DNA of 64,000 nucleotides from the human T2T-CHM13v2.0 reference genome, Homo sapiens (GCF_009914755.1 NC_060932.1); one strand, 5' to 3'; counted from the first letter of the stretch, positions 1 through 15,215 are shown. Made by a program: numbers and translations. Notes: generated by a model from the letters alone, not told the origin.

Positions 1-397
1 TTCAGCCTGGCCAACAGAGTGAGACCCGCGTCTCAAAACAAAAGAAACTAACTGTCTATTCCAAAACTTTGGCCCTTGCAACTACACAATACCAGGCATA
101 CATTTGTCTCCCAAAATCTAGTTGCTGGGATACAGAAAAACACATAGAGAAACCTATTAACTCACCTTCAGTTTTTCCTTGAGAATTCTAGTCCTTTGTA
201 GTTTTATCATTTCATTTCTTTCTAAAACAGCCTCTCGCTGACTCTGAATAGCTTGCTAGGTTGTGAAAGGAAATAGAAGCATGCAGAGAGTAGCGTTATC
301 AACAGTGATGAGGTGGCAAGATGCACATTTTTTTGGCAGATTTTCATTTGGTCCAAACAGTCAAATATGCATGCACTGTATTAGAATTATACACAGT

Positions 398-2068
<1,671 letters not shown>

Positions 2069-2092
2069 TAATATCAGTCATAAAAAGTATTA

Positions 2093-2440
<348 letters not shown>

Positions 2441-2871
2441 AAAACTAGTTCATACTTACATTTCCTGCCTTTCTTTCCCTGAAATGAAATTAGAAAAATG
2501 TAACAATTACTTAACTTTTACTATGTGTCACTGCAGTCTTTCGACTTTCCCCAAAAGCAGCACACACTCCCTGTGTCTGTGCCTTTTCATAAGTTCTTTC
2601 TTTGACCCAATGCTCTCTCTTCTGACCCATCTCCAGCATCCACTTGAAAAAAGTGCCTTCATTTCTCAACGGCCAGCCAGCGTTTTGTCAGCTGTGAACA
2701 TTTTCTGTGACCTCACTCCCTGTCCCAGTCAAAAATGCAGCCCTCTCACCCTGGGTTCCCATAGCACCTGGCTTGTCCCTTCATGTATAACTTTTAACCC
2801 TCTTTTAGATGGTGAGCTCAAAGACTGGGCAATGTGCCTCTGAATCCACAGCCCCTACCTATGTTCAATAA

Positions 2872-3205
<334 letters not shown>

Positions 3206-3744
3206 TAATTGTGTTAATTTTAGTGTTGGCATTGGAAAGGGAGGGCTGGAGATATTCTCTGCTGGGGTGAGATGGGGAGAAATGCAGGAGGAAAAAAATG
3301 AAGCTGCAATTCCAACCCAGACCATGACAGCAAGGGAATTCCTGGAGACAGCAGTCAGACCTAAGCTTCAGTGGGTGTGGAGGAAATGGTGGAGGGGCTG
3401 TAAAGGAGCTCTTGTTGGAGGTGAGACGCATCCGTGACATCACATCCCGTGAGCACACACCCCATGGATCCAGGAAAGCCCAGTTTATACCCGCTGATCC
3501 CCTCTAAGGACTAATCATACCCCCTCTCACTCTCAAAATTGTCCCAATATAGAAGGTTAGTTATAGTCTTCCTAACTATAGGGACAACAGAGCTCTCCAT
3601 AGAAATCAACATCTATTAAGCCCAAAAATGCATACCTTTCATTGTAATTTGTTATAATACAACTCTTAGAGAATGCATCTACCTTCTCCCGAAGTTCTAA
3701 AACTTTTGAGGACCTGTTCCAAGTGAGTTAAAAAGTTCAGGAGT

Positions 3745-3885
3745 CTCTGGCTGGGGATGCTGGGCTTGATACCTAGGTGATGGGTTGATCTGTGCATCAA
3801 ACCACCATGGCACATGTTTACCTGTGTAACAAACCTGCACATCCTGCACATGTACCCTGGAACTTAAAATAAAAATAAAAATTTA
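3745..3885 (+). mobile_element. 5'-truncated L1PA 3' end
   Basis: gtaacaaacctgcacatcctgcacatgtaccctggaacttaaaataaaa; near-TSD ttaaaaag(t/c)tcaggagt at 3728 and 3893. Confidence 0.85.
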
Positions 3886-3928
3886 ATGATTTTTAAAAAG
3901 CTCAGGAGTACAAAAACCTGAAACATCA

Positions 3929-4272
<344 letters not shown>

Positions 4273-4628
4273 CTAGTTATGGGGGCATCTACACTTTCTA
4301 CATCTGTGGAGCAGGTGGGATCATCACATCACACAGTGCAGGAGGTACACCATCTGCATCTGGTACATGTGAGTGGCACCCCCAGAGCTGTGTAGGGGAC
4401 ACCAGCTTGGCACTAAGCAGCTACCCTGGAAGGTTCAGATTCCTAAGACAACCCAACCAAGGGTCCTGATGTCCCAGGAAGTCACCCAGCCTTTTCTTTC
4501 CTCCCCAACAATCACTTCCTGAAGCCCTCTAACCACGTTACAAAGTCAAGCTCCATGCTACTGTAGTCAGGACCCACAGAGGAAAGCCCCTGACTGGAGC
4601 CCACATCCTTGCAAGCCCAGCACAATAC

Positions 4629-4804
4629 CTTAGGTATTCTGGCAAGTGGAGTTTGTCCATCTTGGTGACCACCAGGGCCACGTCCCTACAGAAGCCCCGC
4701 TGGCAGGCTTTGATGCTCTCATTCAGAAGGTCTTCGTGGGCTCGCCCCCCAGAAACTCGCTCTATGTCGCTGATCACCCAGATCACTGAGCACTTGTCAA
4801 TGGT
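4629..4804 (-). CDS. NUGGC: NUGGC coding exon 8 (TIDKCSVIWV...VVTKMDKLHLPEYLR), contains the G4-like TKMD motif
   Basis: ttgcag| acceptor (AG at 4805-4806), AG|gtattg donor; 176 nt, phase continuous with exon 7; translation matches recalled NUGGC protein. Confidence 0.95.
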
Positions 4805-5437
4805 CTGCAAAACATGACCACGGCATGTGTCAGCACAGGAATGGAGTCACAGTTCCTGAGGACCGGTTCCCTAATGTATCCCTTAAGCCTCTCCCTCCAG
4901 TCCCACCCCTCACCGCTCCCCACCGCACTCTGTGCACTAGCTGGACTGAGCTATGAGTCATTTCTCATATGTGCCTTGTTCTGTTAATTCCCTGGCCACA
5001 GCCTCTGCCTAGCCCCCATTTGTTCCTCAAGACTGTGGAGGACCTCTCGGGCATTGGGCTGGCCTCTGCATCCTGTAACACCTGGACTTACCTCAAGCAG
5101 CGCCTCTGAGACACAGTGACTGCACCAGGTCTGCTCTCTGCCCCTTGATGGGAAGCGACTGTCTGCACCTTTCCTCTTGGGATCCACCTCACCTCAAGCC
5201 CAGTGCTTGGCACACAGGAGAGGCTTCACAGAAGTTTGTGGCATTAGAGATTGACAGAATTCCCTAAATCAGTCCTCCAGTCCCAGTCCCAGATCCATCA
5301 CTGGCTTGCTTTATCTCAGTTGTCCCCTGGGGAAAATTCTTGTTTTTCCAGAACTAGGTTTGGTGGTGCACCTACCCTCAAGCTGTCACCTGACGGCAGC
5401 ATTTTGATGTTTGACTGCCCCTGCACGTTTAGTTCAA

Positions 5438-5455
5438 TGCCACCAGATGGCAGCA
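5438..5455 (+). promoter_or_regulatory. CTCF motif TGCCACCAGATGGCAGCA
   Basis: Full match to core CCASYAGRKGGCRS. Confidence 0.65.
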
Positions 5456-5732
5456 TGGAGCCAGAAACCATATGACAAGTTGCAAAGGCCAATGAACATG
5501 AAACAACATAATGGCATGAATGTTGCTTTATTAAATATGCAACTTTCACATGACGATCATGTGTAGCCTTGTGACATTTCTCTAATTGTATTGTTACTCT
5601 TGTCTTACCTCCACATAAATGAAAATCTGGTTCAACTCAGGGATTGAGTTTATTTGTGGTTCCTCAGTGCTTTGCATACAAAGGGATGACAAGTTTGTGA
5701 CTTGAAAATTAAATCATCATTTTGCTTTATAC

Positions 5733-6124
5733 CAGTAGTTTTTAACTAGTAGAGGTTTTGTGCCCCAGAAAATATAAACAGTCTCCAATTTGTGATGATT
5801 CAGCTTACAATTTTTCTTTTCGACTTTACAATGGGTTTACTGAACAATTGGTAAGTCCAGTACAATCGGGGCTAATGATGGTTATGATTCCAGCTTACAG
5901 TGGGCTTATCAGGATGCAATTCTATGGTACATCAATGAGCATCTGTATTTGGCAAAAAATGTCTGGAGACATTTTTAATTGTGACAACCTTGGGGGGGTA
6001 CTTGAAGGTAAAGGCCGAGGATGCAGCTAAACATTCTTCAATGCCCAGGACAGCCCAACCCCAGCTCCCATCCCACAAATAATTATCTGACAGCCCAAAA
6101 TGTCAAGAGTTTGAGAAACCCTGA
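5733..6124. mobile_element. MER20 (hAT-Charlie) with a nested MER47/Tigger-like MITE (~5779-5947)
   Basis: MER20 hallmarks tgtctggagacattttt...gctaaacat...cccaaaatgtcaa...gagaaaccctg; inner element ends ...gagcatctgta. Confidence 0.65.
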
Positions 6125-6538
6125 TCCAGGGCAGTGGGTTTCAGCTTGCTTTTAGCATGGGAGGCTTTTTCAAATGAAATCTTAGTTAGAATTCCAACAT
6201 ATAAACTTGATTTTTAAAAAGCAGAACTGCTCTGGTTGAATTGGGAGTGCAGGACCCAGAACCACCATCGGCTCAATGCCCTCTACCCTCTGTCCAGGAA
6301 CCTTTTGGCTCCATACATCACTGCTTAAAAAGCATCTGCTTCTCAAGTTAGAGAAACCCCTTGGATTATAGGGAAGTAATGAAGCCCAAGCGGTAAAGAG
6401 ACTCAAGTAGGGCCACACGACGATGGATCCTGTCTCTCCTCTATAAGTGAATGGACTTTGATTTAGGCAAGAAAATAAAAACCATTACAGCCCTTCTGCT
6501 GCCCAAACTATAATCAACTTAGAAAAGCTTTGGGCTCT

Positions 6539-6835
6539 GGGCCAGATGTGGTGGCTCACGCCTGTAATCCCAACATTTTGGGAGGCTAAAGCAGGCAGAT
6601 CACTTGAGCTCAGGAGTTCACCAGCCTGGGCAATATGGTAAAATCTCATCTCTACAAAAAAAAAAAAAAATTAGCCAAGTGTGGTTGTGTGCACCTGTAG
6701 CCCCAGCTACTCGGGAGGCTGGGACAGCAGGATTGCTCAAGCCCAGGAGGTCGAGGTTGCAGTCAGCCATGATTATGCCACTGTACTCCAGTCCAGGCAA
6801 CAGAGCAAGATGCTGTAGCAAACAAAACAAAACAA
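6539..6835 (+). mobile_element. Alu (AluJ-like)
   Basis: Diverged Alu. Confidence 0.92.
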
Positions 6836-8724
6836 AAGTAGAAGCAGCTTCCAGCTCTGTAGTGTCAACAGTGGGCAGAGAATGGTCCAGCCAGCGGAAG
6901 GCCATAAGGATGCCAGGCTGGGTGCTCCTTAAGGGCAGGGCCCCCGTCACCTTCATATTCCCCATGGTCCTGGTAAGCCACAGGTGCTTAGTGTTTACTA
7001 ACATGAGAAAAGGACAGCAACCATAAAGGGTGCAGTGGTTAAATTTCAGACCGACCCCACACAAAGCTCCCACTGCCAGGGTTTGGTAAAGTTAGTGTCG
7101 CAGAAGATACAAAAAAGCATTTCGATAAAACCTGAACTGCCAGACTTAGGAGTAGATGAGGTGGCACCCCACCACCCCCAACCTGCATCTCCCCAGGCCC
7201 CCGCTATGAGAATGGGACTTAGAGGAGTTCAGAGACATGCCTCAAGTCACGTGACTTCTAAGTGGCAGATCAGATTCAGGGACATCTGAATTCATAACGG
7301 GTTTTAGGGAAGGCAAGACTGGCAGCCTGAGAGACATAGGGAGGGCAACTGTGTCGTTCTCCCTGCAGAGGGGGGTCTTGAGTAACTTCTTGTGAGAGGA
7401 GGTCAAGAAAACCCACAAGAATGCAGGGGAGCTGGGCCAGGCAGAGCACGGTGGGAACCATCCCTCGCTTCAGCCTGACCTCCTCAGAGCACATTTTCTG
7501 AGCCAGATCTGCCGTCTTTGATAAGCTGCCCAGTGTATCTGAACTGGCTGCAGCCGCGGCTCCATCCAGCGAGAGGCCCTGGCAGCCTTCCTGGGCTGTC
7601 GCTCTCTCGGCCGGGCCTGGAACTAGCCAAGATTCGCGATTTCCACCCCAGGATCCGAGGTCTTGCAGAAACTAAGGCTCACAAGGCCAGGCCTGAGCCA
7701 CCGACCAAGGGGAAGGACACAGAGACTGCCTTCCTCCTGCAGGAGGTGGATAATATAGAGCGTGCCCTGGGGGAGGTGGGGTAGATAGAGCCCCAGCAGG
7801 GAAGTTAGGAAACCTGCTCTCCAAGGCTGTGTGGTCCTGGACAAGTGACTTTCCCTCTCTGAGCCTTCATGTCTTCATCTGTACAATCAGGGCAGAGGCT
7901 AGAGCTTGCTCTAGATTGTGACTGGAAGTCGTGGTTACCAAGCTCCCCTGGCACAATCATTCATCTAAACAAACCTGTGGAGTTTAAAGAACTGGATTCT
8001 TTGGCAGCTGCTGTGCTGCTCACAACTCACTGATGCTGGTCCCCCTCTCCCAGTCCCCTTCCAGCTCCTGGGCTCCTGTGTTCCTCCCACCCTGTGCTCC
8101 AGAGCGCCTCTGTTTACCGCGCCCTTTCTCAATCACATGCCCCAGTCCCTCTCTTCCTGCAAGTTTTCCCAGGAAGCCAAACTCTGGAGCAGTAGTACTA
8201 AAGACCCCAGAACTTTTCCAGGCATGTCTTCCATAGTCTCCCTCCTCCACGGACCCCATGCTCCTTCTCCCATTCACCCAGGAAGATTCACCCTGCCCCC
8301 ACCACGCCAGCTTCCTCAGACCTCCAGCTCTATGCTGATGCTGCTTACAGCCAACACAGTTGCAGCCTCTTGGTTCTTGGTGACTGGCTGCAGCTTCTCT
8401 GCTTTGTCCCCAACACTTGGCCTCCCAGTTCCCTTCTGTCCTTGGTCACTCTGTTTCCTCTTAAGCCACTCTATTGCTGGTCTTTCTCATACATCACACA
8501 CACTTGTCCCAGCTCCAATAGTCACATCCTGTGATTCCTCCCTCCCCACTTTCTCTGGCTACCCACACCCTGCCAGGGCCTTGAGACTTAGAACATAGAA
8601 ATTAAAAGAATTTAATTCCAATGAACTCAAAATCCCTGAAGCTGAAACCAGAGCATTCTTTGTTGCTTGAGAAAGGGTAGAGGAGTTTAGGGAAGAGAGA
8701 ACTAAACCTACGAAAGACAGTCAC

Positions 8725-8934
8725 CTTTTTCCACATCTCGTCCCTCTTGCTGTTGAAGTCGCCTGTGCCTGGGATGTCCACCAGCACGACCCCTTCTGGG
8801 ATCAGGTCGGATTTGGGAAGTGTCACTTCCACATGTTTGATCAAGGGCCAGATGCGCATCTCAGCGGCCTCTCCATCCCAATCTCTCCTCTGTGTGCGGA
8901 TGTAGGGGTCCAGCTTGATGGACAGCTCTTCTGC
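8725..8934 (-). CDS. NUGGC: NUGGC coding exon 7 (AEELSIKLDP...VLVDIPGTGDFNSKRDEMWKK), contains G3 DxPG
   Basis: ttcag| acceptor, AAG|gtgac donor, 210 nt phase 0-0; DIPG motif typical of dynamin-like GTPases. Confidence 0.96.
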
Positions 8935-9354
8935 CTGAAGAAGGAGGACAGAGTCACACACACCAGCCATGCACCCAGCTCTGTTCACCCCGGTTGGCTG
9001 TGATGCAGGTTCATGGTAAGTATGCTGAGTAAGGGTAAGAAGTGCGTCCAACAGGAGGCCTGCAATCAGGTCTGTAGGACCTAGAACCTGAGAGCCAGGA
9101 AGGACCCTGGAGAGGAGCAAGTTCAAGATCCTTACCTTACAGATGAAACAAAACCAATGTCAGCTAAAATGGGACTTTAGGGAAGTTATAGTATTGCTGA
9201 ATAATAAGTTTATCTTCTAAACTGCATTCAGTTCTAAAATTAACATACTATGTAATTGACATTTTCATTACCAGAAAGCTAGCAATGACTATAGAAAATT
9301 AACAGTGATATGGTAACCATATTTTCCAAACTGAAAATTGATCTGAAATTGGAT

Positions 9355-9661
9355 CTTTTTTTTTTTTTTTTTTTTTTTTTGAGACAGAGTCTTGCTCTGT
9401 TGCCCAGGCTGGAGTGCAGTGGTGCGATCTCGGCTCACTACAAGCTCCGCCTCCCGGGTTCACGCCATTCTCCTGCCTGACTCCCCAGGAGCTGGGACTA
9501 CAGGCACCCGCAACCACGCCCGGCTAATTTTTGTTGTATTTTTAGTAGAGACAGGGTTTCACCATGTTAGCCAGGATGGGGTCGATCTCCTGACGTTGTG
9601 ATCCGCCCTCCTCGGCCTCCCAAAGTGCTGGGATTACAGGCGTGAGCCACCGCGCCTGGCC
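9355..9661 (-). mobile_element. AluY
   Basis: AluY diagnostics (caagctccgcc, cacgccattc); TSD gaaattggatctt. Confidence 0.93.
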
Positions 9662-10954
9662 GAAATTGGATCTTAAAAAGAGTTTTTAAAATTTATCTTC
9701 TGATTACAAAAAATACCTTGATATGTAGGCATTTCTAGAATATTTTAATGATGGTGGGTGAGAGAGGGAATAGTTCTTAGACCACGGTTCCTACTTAAAC
9801 ATGTCTCGGGACAATGACACATCCATGCCAGCAACTATGACAGTAAATCGCAACTGGGGTACTTCAGAGGACAGGGGATTTGGGATGTATGGTGGTCACT
9901 GTTAAATAAATTTCTATAAAATAGTCCTGAAAGAAAGATAAGAATGTCAGTTCTTAAGAGAGTTTAAATTAAATCGCTGGATTTGTTGCAATCTGGGGAA
10001 GGAGTAAGAGATTTCATCAATTTCAACCAAATGATAAACCACGACGGAGGAGATAATAAAAGCTCTTTAAGATATTGTAATTTTAAAATAGAGCAGATAC
10101 CGTAAGAGAGAAGCCCAGGAAAAGGCAGGGGCTTGAAAAGCCCCTTCCTACAAGAGGGCTCAGCCCAATAAACTGGTTCCGGGCAAACATCGTTGTAGAA
10201 GGCCAACTCAGATTCTAGGATCTCCAGCGGAAACCCTGAATTTGTAAGCCCACTCATCGAGATGGTAATTCTGTTCACCTTGTTTCCGTGCGTAAATTTA
10301 TGACGCTGGGAAGGAGTATTTCTAAATATAGAGTTGGCAAAGACGTTGATACCCTTGTGTAAGTTGCGTGTATTCAGATAAAGCAACTAGTTTTGTAATC
10401 ATTGTGTTTCTTAGACATGCTCAGTCTATGTTTTAGATATTAGAAGTGTAATCATTTTAATAGTAATATTCGTCTTAAAACTGTAAGAAATGGGCACTGT
10501 ATTTGTTTGATTTTCCAGGTATGCAAGAGATAGTAACATGCTTTGAAAAGGTTTCATTCATTTGATTTTTAAGTGTGCCTAGTCAAGCATTTAAACATTT
10601 TAAGAGGCTCAAGTATATTGAACTTTAACTGTAATGCAAAAAGCCTAAGGAAATGTGATTAATTATGTAAGTATCATTAATATTTAAGGAAGATTTGCTT
10701 TGTTAATCAGGAGATCATTGAACATTTAACTTTAGGACATGTATAAAAATTGTACCCATTTTACCAATAATCACTAGATTTATAAATAGAATAGCAATAT
10801 TTTAAAGGTGTATTTAAAGGTGAGAGATACAAGAAAAACTAGGTTTTTAAATGTATAGCTTTCCTAAATTGAATGTTGATTCCACAAATATTTTGTTTTA
10901 ATTCAGAAATTGAATTTTAACTTAAAATAAACATTGTTTATAAAAGCAAGAATA

Positions 10955-11480
10955 TCATTCTACTAGTTGCCTATCGAATGTCCATCCTGTCCCTCTTTTA
11001 TGCCAGCAGAATCCTGATTTTCTGTCTGACTGGGGAGGCAGTGGAGTGAAACTGGTCTAAGCAAATCATGACAAGTCTGCTTTTCACTTTCTCTGGACTC
11101 CCTTTCAGCCAGGAAGGGCTGTGTGGCTCAGTTCTGAACTCTGAAATCTACACAGAAATTTGTCAGAGGTATTTCTGGGAAAGTTTTTACTTTCTGATGA
11201 AAGGGGAGATGTGGCTGATGCCAACCTTTTCTCCACTTCTTCCTTCCAGGAGGCTAGCATGAAGTCTAGCACTCCGGGAGCCATCTCATGACAATGGGGG
11301 CGACGGAAGGCAAAGGGAGCCAGAGATGCTGATGTTGGCATTGCTGATCCACTAAACCAACCCCACCCCTACTGCCCCCAAACCTCTTACATGAGAAAAG
11401 GAATAAATCCCTGTTTGTTTAAGCCACTATAAGTCTTCTTAAAAAATCTTTGGCAGCCCAAACTATCCCTAATTATTCTC
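10955..11480. mobile_element. Old MaLR LTR (MLT1-type)
   Basis: gaataaatccctgtttgtttaagccact...gcagcccaaactatccctaa ending typical of MLT1. Confidence 0.55.
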
Positions 11481-11719
11481 AAGCAACTGTAAATAGTCTT
11501 TTTCTGGGCATAAGAGCTCCTCCATTCACATACCAAAAATTTCCATTTGATAGCCATAAATAATGAGGATAACTTGGGCTACGGATACTTCTAATTTGGG
11601 TAGCAACTTATTTCTTATTTCACACAAACACTGTACCACAAGCCCATCCCCTGAAACAGGTTCAACTGTTAGACTTGAGACCCAGGATGAAATCAAGGAA
11701 AAAACGAACTTGACGCTAC

Positions 11720-11950
11720 CTCTTCCGCCTTGAGGGTGATGACTCTGGAGGTGGGGATCTTCCTTTTGGGCTTCGCCCTCAGTAACTCCTCATAGTTCTT
11801 ACTCTCTGCCCCATTTCCATAAATCATTTGTAGCTTCCAGGTGGCTTCCTCCACTGCCTCATCCCTGTTCCACGCATCTGCCTCTTCTCTGCCCAGCTCC
11901 TCCGTCCTATGCAGGAGTTTGGTCAGGTTCTTCAGCTCCTCCCTCCACTC
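11720..11950 (-). CDS. NUGGC: NUGGC coding exon 6 (EWREELKNL...VITLKAEE)
   Basis: ggcag| acceptor, GAG|gtagcg donor, 231 nt phase 0-0. Confidence 0.95.
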
Positions 11951-12244
11951 CTGCCAAGGCAGAGTAGGGCCAAGCCCCTCTTGACACAGACACAGAGAAC
12001 ACCGACAAACAGAGGGGCCCATTGCCCCCTGTGGAGGGCCAGGGGGCTGCATATTCAGAAAATCTAGGTCATCTATCTGGGGTCTCGAAGAGGGGAATGG
12101 CTTGCCCAAAGTCTCATAAAAATGCAAGGACCAGGCTAGACCCCCTCCCCAGCTCACTTGATGAACTTTCTCCTGGGATGGGCTCTTTTCATTCAACAAA
12201 GGCATGAGCTGTATTTGCAAGGAATATAATGTTATCTCTGAGAG

Positions 12245-12415
12245 ACAGTGAGAAGGAAAGAAAGAAAAGGAAGAAAAAAAGGAAGAGAAGGAAGAAGGAA
12301 AGAAGGGAGAGAGGGAGGGAAGAGGAAGGAAGGAAGAAAGAAAGGAAGGAGGGAACGAAAAAGGAAGAAAGGAAGGAAAAAGGAAGGAAGGGAAGGAAGG
12401 AGGGAGGAAGGGAAC
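12245..12415. repeat. GA-rich polypurine low-complexity tract (GGAA/GAAG-type)
   Basis: ~170 nt almost purely A/G. Confidence 0.95.
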
Positions 12416-12421
12416 ACTTAC

Positions 12422-12644
12422 CTGGTCAGACAGAAGGTGGATTTTGGCCTCATACTGCACACAGCAGCCAGAGCTCACTTGTACAATGCAGGAAGTACAT
12501 ATGCTTTCTCCAGACACTGGTAGAAACATTGCTTGCTGGATGATGGCATTGATCAGGGAGCTCTTCCCAGCCCCAGTGCTTCCAAATAATGCAATGTAGA
12601 TTGGGTCCACTGTCGGCTTTTCAATCAAGGCAAGAAGCCTATTT
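12422..12644 (-). CDS. NUGGC: NUGGC coding exon 5 (NRLLALIEK...GSTGAGKS...LLSDQ), P-loop
   Basis: ccag| acceptor, CAG|gtaagt donor, 223 nt; Walker A GSTGAGKS. Confidence 0.96.
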
Positions 12645-12844
12645 CTGGATGAATTTTAAAATGCACATTGCCATGATCATCAAAGTTTAGAGTGAAGAGC
12701 ATTGAAACAGAATGCAAAGGAACTGAATTCTAATCCCGGGCACGTCACTACAACCTGAGTCTCTGTTCTCTCCTCTGTCAAAGGAGAATATCAATCCCTG
12801 TTGACCACACAGAGTTGGCCTGGGGATCAAATGAGATTATGTAA

Positions 12845-13229
<385 letters not shown>

Positions 13230-13749
13230 CAGAAATTGTATATTCTTGATCCTAGAAATACAATGTATACAGACATGAAGTATTAATAGTGTTAGGAGCA
13301 ACACAGAGTCTTACTGAGCAGGAGAAATTGTAGCCTCAGCACCACTCGAGTCCTTCAAGTCAGCAGAGGACAAATAATTGGGGACATGAGCTCAGAGTCA
13401 CACAGCCTGGGGTGAATTCTGGACCCTCTCACTGACTACTGGTGTGAGTTTGTTCACATCTGGGCCTCTCTGAGCCTCAATTTCAGTAAAATGGAAGTGA
13501 TCATAATAGCTCCTACTTTATAGGAGTGTTGGATGGGTTAAATGATATTTGACATATATAAAGCACTTAGCAGATTACCTAACAGTGACAGCTCAATGAA
13601 TGGCAACTATCCCATAGCTACAGAAATTTGTGTCCCTCTTTTCTTAGTTTCTAATTAAATAGTCCCTTTCCTTGTTGGGGGAAAGCACCTATAATCGCCT
13701 AAGGAAAGACACTGACATAAAATTTCAGGGTTGCAGATTTCAGACTCAC

Positions 13750-13858
13750 ATGAGATACTTGACTCCATTAGGGATGCTGTCATCCAGGAAGACAGACTGA
13801 ATAAGTTTCTGATAAGTGTTGCTCAAAACCCTTCTGGTCCGTGATTCCAATTTTTCAT
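13750..13858 (-). CDS. NUGGC: NUGGC coding exon 4 (EKLESRTRRVLSN...GVKYL)
   Basis: ccag| acceptor, AT|gtgagt donor, 109 nt; phases fit exons 3 and 5; absent from the ORF track. Confidence 0.93.
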
Positions 13859-14457
13859 CTGGAATTAACAGAGAGATGTCACCTGCAGGTACCTGGCAGG
13901 GATAAAGTACTAGGTCTCCAAAGGAGGTGTCTGTTGAACATCGCAGAGAAGGGAAAAAAAAAATGAAATGAAAAGCCGATTAAACAAGATAGCAGGTTAT
14001 CTCACACGAGGGATGGCGGCTCACTGGAGATAGCAATCATTGGTTCTGAAAATCTCCAAAGAGCCAGGCTGCTCTGAAACTCTGGTAACAGAAGTTATGG
14101 TATGCTTGGCCACGGGCTTCAGCCCCTTCTAGATTTTTCCCTCCTGTGGTCATAAAAAGAAAGAAAAAATGCAAGGACACCATGCTGACACCCACGGAAG
14201 CACCAACCTCATCATTTTCACAGGCTTTGTTCTAATCTGGAAGAAGTTATTTTGATAACAACCCTCCTGCCCACAGATGCCTGGAGACAAATTGCCTAAC
14301 TGCATACCGCTACAGAGACTTTGAGCCCTCTCTTTCCAAAACAGGTTTATTTGATGTTTCATCCAGCTTCAGAATTTAACCTCCTCTTCCTTTGACCATT
14401 TTAACATACTTGGAACAGAACCGAACCATGTTAAAACAACAGTTCCAAGACACTCAC

Positions 14458-14562
14458 ATTCCTTAAGAGCACTCTGCTCCATGGAGGGAAATGCTCGGAA
14501 CCGCTGGTCTCGATCTGATTTCCTTCTTTTTCTCGTTGGTTCTTTATATAAATCATCTTCAA
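14458..14562 (-). CDS. NUGGC: NUGGC coding exon 3 (VEDDLYKEPTRKRRKS...ALKE), contains basic NLS-like RKRRK
   Basis: ctctag| acceptor, AAT|gtgagt donor, 105 nt phase 1-1. Confidence 0.94.
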
Positions 14563-14659
14563 CTAGAGATAAACAGAGGATATATAAGATTATAGGTGTT
14601 GGGGTATGGTATTCTTGCCTCACCTCTATCAGCATAGAAACTCAAAGGGTCTAACAGAC

Positions 14660-15215
14660 TGGCTGGGTGCAGTGGCTCATGTCTGTAATCTGAAGCATGA
14701 GGGATTACATGCCTGGGAGGCCAAGGTGGGAGGATTGCTTGAGGTCAGGAGTTCGAGACATGCCTGGGCAACACAGCAAGACCCTTGTCTCAAAAAAAAA
14801 TTTTTTTTTTTGGTAGAGACAGGGGTCTTACTGTGTTGCCCAGCAGGCCAGAGTGCTGCGGCATGATCACGACTCACTGCAACCTCAACCTCCCAGGCTC
14901 ATGTGATCCTCCCACCTCAGCCTCTAGAGTACCTGGGACTACAGGCACACACCATCACACCTGGCAAATTTTTGTAGAGACAGTGTTTCTGTATGTTGCC
15001 CAGGCTGGTCTCGAACTTACCAAAAATATATATATATATATTTTTTGATTAGCCAGGTGTGGTGGTGTGCACCTGTAGTCCTAGCTACTCAGGAGGCTGA
15101 AGTGGGAGGGTCACTTGAGCCCAGGAGTTGTAGGCTGCAGTGGGCTATGATTTTGCCACTGCACTCCAACCTGGGTCATACAAGACCCTGTCTCAAAAAA
15201 TAAAAAAATAAAAAA
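14660..15215. mobile_element. Composite Alu: + left arm (14660-14800), - Alu fragment (14801-15017), + right arm (15048-15215)
   Basis: Alu segments in alternating orientation. Confidence 0.85.

Noticed and set aside
8602-9126. 174-aa ORF as a standalone gene
   Set aside because: It is NUGGC exon 7 plus chance open intronic flanks
10127-10145. AGGGGCTT-gaa-AAGCCCCT hairpin resembling a rho-independent terminator
   Set aside because: Eukaryotic context, an 8-bp stem is expected by chance, and there is no U-tract
12229-12543. Highly charged K/R/E ORFs on the + strand
   Set aside because: Artefact of the GA-rich low-complexity tract
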